DNA of 63,846 bases, counting the filler, from an uncultured bacterium (GTDB lineage Bacteria > CAZSTA01): assembly GCA_964609495.1 (NCBI GenBank). It is 7 parts of 7 records of this genome, joined end to end, with 100 filler letters (N's around TTAATTAATTAA, not from the genome) between each part and the next. Parts side by side here need not be neighbours in the genome. Positions count along the whole stretch, not along the records: positions 56,628 to 63,846 come from CAZSTA010000186.1; 6 more parts are not named here. One strand, given 5' to 3'. This document shows positions 56,947-63,846 of the stretch, piece after piece. Position 1 is the first letter of the stretch. Each line of letters opens with the position of its first letter. The notes beneath the pieces were generated by a model. That model was not told where the DNA came from, ran no database searches, and worked only from the letters and a program-made list of their open reading frames with translations. The position numbers and the translations under genes were made by a program.

Positions 56947-58074
56947 GTGCATAAAAGAATGAAATTACTGAAAGTAACTATACTAATACTAGCTATGGTA
57001 TTAATGGTAATTGGATGTGGTAGTCCAAGTGTTAAGGGAGAAGATAATGATGACTCAATTCCCCCAGAGACCGAAATCACAGGAGGACCCACTGGGACTA
57101 TTAAAACTAATAGAGCCACCTTTACTTGGGAAGGAACTGATAACGAAGATGATCCTTCCGATCTCGAGTTTTCCTATGAACTAAGTAAGGGAGGACAATC
57201 CCATGCTCAGTGGTCAAACTGGACTTCGGATACTAGCAAGGAATTTAGGGGTTTAACAAGCGGTCAATATACCTTTAAGGTGAAGGCAAAGGATAGCGCA
57301 GGAAATGAAGATCCAACTCCAGCTACCCGAACCTTTAAGGTCGATTATGAAGGCCCGACGACTGGCCTAACGAACCTCTTCTTCCTTCATCACTCTACTG
57401 GGGAGGCGATAATAGATGAAGGGAATATGCGCGGTTACTTCGACAATTACAACAACACTCACGGGACCGACTACGAATTCTGGGATCATGGTTATAATGA
57501 TGATGGATTGCGCGATCCAGATGGAGATGTAGTTGGCTGTTACAACATTCCCGATGACAATACAGACCCAGATGGACTCTACTACCTCTGGACTTCGTCA
57601 AAGACAGATGCTGTCAACTGTCGTAATCAAATTATGAGCAACCATGAGGTTATCGCCTTCAAGTCGTGTTTCCCTGCCTCTGACATCCCTGACGAACAAG
57701 AGTTAAACCAGCGAAAGACTTGGTATTTAGCAATGCGCAACTACTTCGATCAACATCCCGAAAGGCTATTTGTAGTAATGTCCACGCCACCGCTTCACCG
57801 TCTCGCGACTGACAAGACTGCGGCAAAGAACGCTCGACGATTCGCCAATTGGTTGAAGAGTAGCGAATATCTGAGTGGGCATCCCAATGTCGTCTGCTTC
57901 GACTTATTCAACGAACTGGCGAAGGCGGACGATGGCTCATCAACAGCTAACATGCTAAAGTATGAGTATGAACAAGATCACTCAGACTCCGATTCTCATC
58001 CCAACACCCTGGCTAACCAGACTGTTGGACCCGTCTTCGCCCAGTTTCTGATAGATGCTGCGGCGAACTACTAA
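56947..58074 (+). CDS. Lipoprotein with an Ig/FN3-like domain and a putative SGNH-like hydrolase domain
   Basis: Lipobox-like VIGC; PPETEIT...YTFKVKAKD.AGN.DPTPA; FLHHSTG, FKSCFP, DSHPN. Confidence 0.7.
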   Translation: MHKRMKLLKVTILILAMVLMVIGCGSPSVKGEDNDDSIPPETEITGGPTGTIKTNRATFTWEGTDNEDDPSDLEFSYELSKGGQSHAQWSNWTSDTSKEFRGLTSGQYTFKVKAKDSAGNEDPTPATRTFKVDYEGPTTGLTNLFFLHHSTGEAIIDEGNMRGYFDNYNNTHGTDYEFWDHGYNDDGLRDPDGDVVGCYNIPDDNTDPDGLYYLWTSSKTDAVNCRNQIMSNHEVIAFKSCFPASDIPDEQELNQRKTWYLAMRNYFDQHPERLFVVMSTPPLHRLATDKTAAKNARRFANWLKSSEYLSGHPNVVCFDLFNELAKADDGSSTANMLKYEYEQDHSDSDSHPNTLANQTVGPVFAQFLIDAAANY

Positions 58075-58150
58075 AGCCAAAGCGAGTTTATTTATAGCTC
58101 TAGCTGTGTCTATTTTGCTGTTTACGGGAGTTTCAGTGCAAGGAAGTGAG

Positions 58151-58421
58151 ATGTCAGCAGAAGAAATCAAAGCCACTATCCGTAGGGTCTTTGACGAAGC
58201 CTGGAATAAGTGTTGCCCGGTTGACCTTTGAGGGTACACAGACAGGGCAACCGCCGACCGGCATGACGCCCGCTGGCAAACATGTGATATTCGCGTTATG
58301 CTTCATAAGTCATTGGATGGATGGCAAAATCGTCGAAGAGTGGTCCTATCTGGATCATCTAGGCTTATTGCAACAACTCGGCTTTAAGCTTGCCCCTCCG
58401 TCAGAGGAGGGAGAGGATTAA
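58151..58421 (+). pseudogene. SnoaL-like ester cyclase with internal deletion and frameshift
   Basis: MSAEEIKATIRRVFDEAWNK joined out of frame to VARLTFEGT.TG...GK...DGKIVEEW...D.LGLLQQLG. Confidence 0.8.
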
Positions 58422-58550
58422 TCCCTATAACCCACCTTGCTGGTTGCAATCTATCCTCAAAATGGGGTTGCCGACTTCGGCAACCCCGAGTTATATGAGA
58501 TTAACCTATTTCCAGCACGATTTTACCTGTTTGTTACTTTAAAAACTTCC

Positions 58551-58579
58551 TTGACAATTCCCCCTATATCTGCTAGAAT
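58551..58579 (+). promoter_or_regulatory. Sigma70 promoter for prs
   Basis: TTGACA-17 bp-TAGAAT with extended TG. Confidence 0.75.
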
Positions 58580-58743
58580 AATAATGGAGATTATCAGCAG
58601 ATCAAGGTCAATAGAGTGATTGGATGTATGAATTGCCTCATTAAGATTTATAATCGGATATGGGGCAATCTGTATCTAAAGTGCTTAGAATCACTGATCT
58701 ATCCTTGGCTAGCCAGATATAAAATTTATAGGGAGGTATATAA

Positions 58744-59688
58744 TTGATGATAGACGAGCTAAAGATATTCACCGGAAATTCCAACCCCGCTCTGGCAAAG
58801 GAGATATGTGACTATCTCCATACACCCTTAGGCGAGGCTGAAGTATTCCAATTTTCCAACGAGAATATCTTCGTCAAGATCGATGAAAGTGTTCGAGGAG
58901 ATGATGTATTTATAATTCAGCCGACTTGTTCTCCTGTGAACCAAAGTATTATGGAACTATTAATTATGATCGACGCTTTGAAGAGAGCCTCGGCAAGGCG
59001 CATTACCGCGGTGATCCCATACTACCCCTATGCTCGTAGCGATAAGAAGGATCAACCTCGTATCGCTATCACCGCCAAATTAATGGCGGATCTCATCACT
59101 GTCGCTGGCACTCATCGAGTTCTAACTATGGATCTCCATGCTGATCAGATACAAGGTTTCTTCAATATCCCTGTAGATCATTTGGAAGCCGCTCCTCTTC
59201 TAAGCGAGTACTTCTCTAAGAATAACATAAAAGATCCAGTAGTAGTATCCCCAGACACAGGCGGGGTAAAGAGAGCACGTAAATTCGCCTCTAGATTGAA
59301 TGCTCCTCTGGCTATAATAGATAAAAGAAGGGTATGCAATAATGAATCTGCGGAGGTGATGAATGTCATCGGAGAGGTCAAAGGGATGGATGCCATTATC
59401 TTCGACGAGGAGATAATGAGTGCGGGGACAGTTGCCGAGGCCGCAGAGGCTCTCAAGAGGGAAGGAGCGAAGGATATATATGCCGCTTGCACCCATCCGG
59501 TATTCTCAGGTCCAGCGATCGATCGAGTAAAGGAATCTCCATTGGTCGAGGTTATAGTGACTAATACGATTCCCCTGCCAGAGGAAAAACGGTTGGATAA
59601 GATCAAGGTGATCTCCGTAGCTGGTCTCTTCGGTGAAGCGATAAGGCAGATCCATCAAGAAGGATCGATAAGTACTATCTTCACCTAA
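58744..59688 (+). CDS. prs: Ribose-phosphate pyrophosphokinase
   Basis: ESVRG.DVFIIQ, YARSDKK, DLHADQIQGFFNIPVD, VSPD.GG..RA, DKRR, CTH.VFSG. Confidence 0.92.
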   Translation: MMIDELKIFTGNSNPALAKEICDYLHTPLGEAEVFQFSNENIFVKIDESVRGDDVFIIQPTCSPVNQSIMELLIMIDALKRASARRITAVIPYYPYARSDKKDQPRIAITAKLMADLITVAGTHRVLTMDLHADQIQGFFNIPVDHLEAAPLLSEYFSKNNIKDPVVVSPDTGGVKRARKFASRLNAPLAIIDKRRVCNNESAEVMNVIGEVKGMDAIIFDEEIMSAGTVAEAAEALKREGAKDIYAACTHPVFSGPAIDRVKESPLVEVIVTNTIPLPEEKRLDKIKVISVAGLFGEAIRQIHQEGSISTIFT

Positions 59689-59763
59689 TATCAACCTCCT
59701 AGAGTTGAATATTATAATATATGATTACTTGAGCTCAGCGGTCAAGCCACTGGGCTGTTATTT

Positions 59764-61983
59764 TTAATTATGCTCTGTTCTAGCTATAATCTCATCCTGC
59801 AAAGCCGGGTCTAAACTTGTGTAATATGCGCTATAACCCGCCACCCTCACGATCAGGTTTCTATAAGCTTCGGGATTCCTCTTAGCTTCCAGAAGCGTGT
59901 TCTTATCGATCACATTGATCTGAACCTCGAATCCCTTCAGATAGAGATAGGTCTTGATAAGATCGGATAACCTTTTAATTCCATCATCGGCGGAGAAGAT
60001 CGAGGGACTGAATTTGAGATTAAGAACCAATCCCCCCAAAGCTGGGATATGATCGAATTTCGTTGCCGACTTTATCACCGCGGTGGGACCATTTCTATCT
60101 CTGCCCTGCACTGGACCAATAGAATCGGCTAGGACCTCTCGCGCCCTTCTACCATCGAGAGTCGCAGAAGTCAATCTCCCTAATACTGAGTGCATAATCC
60201 AACATAAGAATCCTGCTCGATACTTTCCTCCTCGGGCATCAGTGTATCTCTCCACCTCAGAATAGAAATGATGGGCTATTCCCTTGGCGATCTCATCGAC
60301 CTCATCTATATCGTTTCCATACTTCGGCAATCTATTTATCAGGAATTGGCGAAAGGATTCAAAGCCCTCAAAATTTTTAGCGAGTATATCCTTCAACTCG
60401 GAGAGCGACTTAGACCTTTCCTCAAAGACTAATTTCTTGATCGCGATGAGCGAATCGGCAGAATTAGGCATCCCCACTCCCTCAGGCTCGGTGAAGTTGT
60501 ATTTAGCACCACCAGCAGTAATATCCTTCCCCTTCTCGAGGCAATCATCTATTAGGCAGGAGAGGAAAGGATAAGGGGAGCACTCCATCCATAACCTTTG
60601 ATGGAGATTAACGGTTTGAACGTTGAGCTTGACTGCATACGCTATCTGCTTCTTATAAGCTTCCCAAAGCTCCTCGAAGGATTGAAAATCCTCGGCCTTG
60701 CCAGTTGAGATCCCCGCTCTCTTGCCAGTTAGAGGATCAACTCCATCGTTCAGGGCTAACTCCAAGCACTTAGCAAAATTTATATAACCGCTAGCTACCC
60801 AGGGGTTAGTCTTACCGATAACGGATATCTCAACACAGGAGCCGGGGACATAATAGCAAGCATTCTCCGAACTTGCGCCAGAGCGCAATAGACTGGGGAC
60901 GATCACCTCATCGTTGAAGATAGCGGGGAATCCGATACCGGTCTTTATAACTTGGCAAGCTCTTGTCATAAACTCCTCTGATATCTTAGAATGCCAACTC
61001 ATCGCTAAGGCAGGATGAATCAATCTCAATTTTTCACAAGCATCCAAGCACATAAAAGACAGCGCATTAGTGCTATCCGACCCATCGGGATTTTGACCTC
61101 CGATCATCAGCACCTGGGGAGTTCCTATGGGATCGAATTCGTTGAACTTGATCAAGAAAGCCTCGAGTAGCTCTTGAGCTTCCTCCTGAGTTATAATCCC
61201 CTTCTCTATATCGGACTTATAGAAGGGATAGGCGAATCGATCGACTCGACCTGGACAGAAGCAAGCATGACCCTCTCCGTTCTCCATCGCCACCAGGAGA
61301 TGCAAGAACCAAGCTGCCTGCAACGCCTCTTGAAAAGTTCGCGCTGGATAGGCTGGAGTCCGTTCGCAAACCTCAGCGATTCGCTCTAATTCCCTCTTTC
61401 TTCGAGGATCATTCTCCCTCTCAGCGGATCTCCTAGCCTCCTCAACGTAACGTTCGGCAAAATGACAACCAGCTTTCAGAGTTATCAACGCGGCTCGATA
61501 GAAATCGACCTTTTCTTGATCACCAGAATCGGTCAAATCTAAATTTTTTAGCTTATTCTCCACCTCCTCGCTTATCCTTACTAATCCTAACTCTAGGACC
61601 TTCTCGTTATTCAAGGACATATGCCCTGTCATTCCCCCTGCGGAATAGAGACCTACTTCCTGAGCAACTTTCTCCTCAGCGCTCAAGAGCTTCTGAGCTT
61701 TATCATAGATCGTTCTCCCCTGCCAATAAGCCTCGGCTTCTCCGATCTTCTCCTGTTCCTCAGCACTTGGCTCCCGCTTAGGATGACGACCAACGATCAA
61801 CTCCTCATCTCCGATCTCGATGGTTATCCCCTCTAATAGCTTAGCGAAAGCCTTAGCTTGTCTGATGATGATCGGATCTCGTTCCGTCTCTCGATACGAT
61901 TCTGTCCACAGAAGTTGCCGATCAACAAAGACTCCTTTTACCTGAAGAACCTCTTCTTTCAACCTCTCTATCCTAGCAGTCAT
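59764..61983 (-). CDS. Glycyl radical enzyme (PFL2/diol-dehydratase-like superfamily), substrate unknown
   Basis: C-terminal LIVRVAGYS glycyl motif; Cys loop PGSCVE; ELIVG, PARTFQEALQ, PKYGND, DGR. Confidence 0.92.
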   Translation of the reverse strand: MTARIERLKEEVLQVKGVFVDRQLLWTESYRETERDPIIIRQAKAFAKLLEGITIEIGDEELIVGRHPKREPSAEEQEKIGEAEAYWQGRTIYDKAQKLLSAEEKVAQEVGLYSAGGMTGHMSLNNEKVLELGLVRISEEVENKLKNLDLTDSGDQEKVDFYRAALITLKAGCHFAERYVEEARRSAERENDPRRKRELERIAEVCERTPAYPARTFQEALQAAWFLHLLVAMENGEGHACFCPGRVDRFAYPFYKSDIEKGIITQEEAQELLEAFLIKFNEFDPIGTPQVLMIGGQNPDGSDSTNALSFMCLDACEKLRLIHPALAMSWHSKISEEFMTRACQVIKTGIGFPAIFNDEVIVPSLLRSGASSENACYYVPGSCVEISVIGKTNPWVASGYINFAKCLELALNDGVDPLTGKRAGISTGKAEDFQSFEELWEAYKKQIAYAVKLNVQTVNLHQRLWMECSPYPFLSCLIDDCLEKGKDITAGGAKYNFTEPEGVGMPNSADSLIAIKKLVFEERSKSLSELKDILAKNFEGFESFRQFLINRLPKYGNDIDEVDEIAKGIAHHFYSEVERYTDARGGKYRAGFLCWIMHSVLGRLTSATLDGRRAREVLADSIGPVQGRDRNGPTAVIKSATKFDHIPALGGLVLNLKFSPSIFSADDGIKRLSDLIKTYLYLKGFEVQINVIDKNTLLEAKRNPEAYRNLIVRVAGYSAYYTSLDPALQDEIIARTEHN

Positions 61984-62696
61984 TATCCTCGCCTCCGATC
62001 ATCTCCCAATATGATATCCTTCAACTCTGACACATTATCTATCATAAAATCAGGGCTTTCCTTAGCTAACCTCTCTCTCGAATCATATCCATAAGTAACT
62101 ACCAAGGTCAATATCGAGGCGGCTTTACCCGCTCTTATATCGTGAATGCTATCTCCCACAAGCATAGCTTGATCTACCCTCACTCTCATTCTACCTAAAG
62201 CCAGATATATCATCTCAGGATCGGGCTTGCTATTCTTTACATCCTCAGGCCCGATCACCGCCTGAAAACGCTTTCTCACTCCCAATCCCTCTAGGATACG
62301 ATTCGAGAACTTAGCCAGCTTATTTGATACCACCCCCATCCTGACCCCAGCTTGGGCTAAAGCCTCTATAGTATCCCTGACTCCGGGGTAGAAATGAGTT
62401 CTATCTAAGCAATGTTCAAAATATATCTCGTTGAAGAGATGGAAGCACTCCTCAACTCGATCCTTCTCCCCCTCTGGAAGCAAGGGTCCGATCATCTCCC
62501 TTGGGCCAGGTCCGATATTCCTCAATATCTCCTCCTCCGAATGTTCGGACAATCCCATTCGAGAAAAGGCTTCGTTTAAGGCAAAGGCGATATCGAATCT
62601 AGAATCGACCAGCGTCCCATCCATATCGAAGATAACAGCTTTTAATTTACCCCTGAATTCATATCCTTGAATAAGATGACCTCCTCTCAAATTCAC
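61983..62696 (-). CDS. HAD-IA phosphatase (phosphoglycolate phosphatase-like)
   Basis: FDMDGTL, SNK, KPDP, VGDS..D; TAATG overlap with the GRE gene. Confidence 0.9.
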   Translation of the reverse strand: MNLRGGHLIQGYEFRGKLKAVIFDMDGTLVDSRFDIAFALNEAFSRMGLSEHSEEEILRNIGPGPREMIGPLLPEGEKDRVEECFHLFNEIYFEHCLDRTHFYPGVRDTIEALAQAGVRMGVVSNKLAKFSNRILEGLGVRKRFQAVIGPEDVKNSKPDPEMIYLALGRMRVRVDQAMLVGDSIHDIRAGKAASILTLVVTYGYDSRERLAKESPDFMIDNVSELKDIILGDDRRRG

Positions 62697-63604
62697 CTTC
62701 TCCTATCTACTAGATCGAGCACCCATCCTACATTGGACCTCTGCCTTATTATCCTAAATTCGCCCTTAAGTTTTAAGCCCAGCACCTCAGCTTCGGCGAT
62801 TATATCATCCTTCATCTTATCGGAGATGAAAAGCACGATCCTCCCTCCCGGCTTTAAGACGCGGAGAAACTCGGGTAATTGCCTTAACATAGCCCCCTTG
62901 AATTTGGGATGAAAAGGGGGTTCAGTTATAATTCTATCGATAACCCCCCTTCGCAAAGGCAGACATTCAGCATCAAGAGCGATGAAGTTGTGATCGGATA
63001 GCTCATCTAGCCCAAAGCGGAGATATAATTTTCTATCTCCAGCGATGATCCTCAAACCACGCTGACGACACTCCATTACGATTCCTCCCAGACCAGCGAA
63101 GGGGTCTAAGATCACATCTTGCGATTCTGGCTGAGCGATATTCACCATAAATTTAGCATCCAGAGGAGATAAACCCCTTCGGTATCTATATCCTTTAAGC
63201 CTGACTACCCTCCCGTTCCTCTCCAGAGGAAAACTTCGAAGATGAGGAGAAGCGGCTAATCTTTTCCCTTCATCTTGTCTGTATATCTCCTCATAATAGA
63301 CTTTACGATCTTTATATCTCACCCAACCGATACGCCAGCGTCCTCGCCACTCGTAATTCAATTCCTCGCCCTCATAGGGAAATTCCTCCCTACTGAGTAT
63401 CCCCTCGGTATAACCCAATTTCTCCGCTCTCTTAACCACATCGGAAGGAGGATCATCAAGCTTGACGATAAACCAATGTCTCCCTCTCTTCTCCCGAATT
63501 TTCTCCGTATCGGGGAATACGGCTAAAAACTCGGCTTTAGCCACTTTATATTCGATTCCGCATCCTCCCCGACTTGTCCTGAAATATACTAAGTATTGAT
63601 TCAT
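62693..63604 (-). CDS. TRM11/UPF0020-like SAM-dependent methyltransferase
   Basis: LDPFAGLGG, ITEPPF, LKPGG; GTGA overlap with the HAD gene. Confidence 0.75.
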   Translation of the reverse strand: MNQYLVYFRTSRGGCGIEYKVAKAEFLAVFPDTEKIREKRGRHWFIVKLDDPPSDVVKRAEKLGYTEGILSREEFPYEGEELNYEWRGRWRIGWVRYKDRKVYYEEIYRQDEGKRLAASPHLRSFPLERNGRVVRLKGYRYRRGLSPLDAKFMVNIAQPESQDVILDPFAGLGGIVMECRQRGLRIIAGDRKLYLRFGLDELSDHNFIALDAECLPLRRGVIDRIITEPPFHPKFKGAMLRQLPEFLRVLKPGGRIVLFISDKMKDDIIAEAEVLGLKLKGEFRIIRQRSNVGWVLDLVDRRR

Positions 63605-63672
63605 TTCGATCTTTATACCACAAATTAAGCGATCTGAAAATCAGGTTCTACTTAACTAGCGGGCTACATAAT

Positions 63673-63701
63673 ATTATAACTAATTTCGTCGAGATTGACA
63701 A
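63673..63701 (-). promoter_or_regulatory. Putative promoter for the MTase-HAD-GRE operon
   Basis: TTGTCA-17 bp-TATAAT on the minus strand. Confidence 0.6.
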
Positions 63702-63719
63702 GGATTAAATAAATCCTGG

Positions 63720-63846
63720 GAAGCATGTAAAATCTGGGATCTAAGATCTAATTTACTTTGTATTACACCCTCCTCCCATCTTGGTTTTTGAACTTACAAT
63801 CGGGGGTATCATATTCTTCGTTAGGGAGTTAAAGACTAATTCCCCC
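63720..63846. repeat. Composite element end interrupted at 63781 by the left end of the 3018-type element; runs off the window
   Basis: GAAGCATGTAAAATCTGGGATC...; TTGGTTTTTGAACTTACAATCGGGGGTATCATATTCTT matches 3018 onward. Confidence 0.8.

Noticed and set aside
1-63846. CRISPR array, tRNA or rRNA
   Set aside because: No regularly spaced repeat-spacer run and no tRNA or rRNA signature seen by eye; the repeats are dispersed.

Overview
Seven contigs (five complete, two cut by the window edges) from a bacterial draft genome, probably a MAG/SAG of an anaerobe. They are joined by artificial 100-bp linkers (44 N + TTAATTAATTAA + 44 N) and ordered by decreasing length, so gene order across linkers is not biological. 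A probable outer-membrane beta-barrel suggests a diderm envelope. Housekeeping genes: hisD, xerD, nudF, asnS, sbcC/Rad50, folT under a clear THF riboswitch, dapL, rpe-ribD-ribE-ribBA-ribH and prs. Less ordinary content: (1) a nested family of small palindromic non-coding elements that insert into one another, including a 133-bp MITE with IS6-like ends and an 8-bp target duplication; (2) a surface-protein locus with an Ig-like repeat protein, a SprA-like barrel with an apparent ATA start, a GDT1 transporter and a ~1270-aa lamin-tail/SdrD-B protein; (3) an SPFH + Ycf46-like AAA + DUF1257 + DUF2997 operon; (4) a methyltransferase-HAD-glycyl radical enzyme operon with a variant Cys loop and no activase; (5) an AT-rich islet with a DRG-like GTPase between 44-bp direct repeats, an NDT/TIR-like protein and a membrane-protein fragment; (6) several internally deleted pseudogenes, including a HAD phosphatase relic inside the riboflavin operon. 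No rRNA, tRNA or CRISPR array was seen. All family assignments come from motif recognition by eye, not from database searches.
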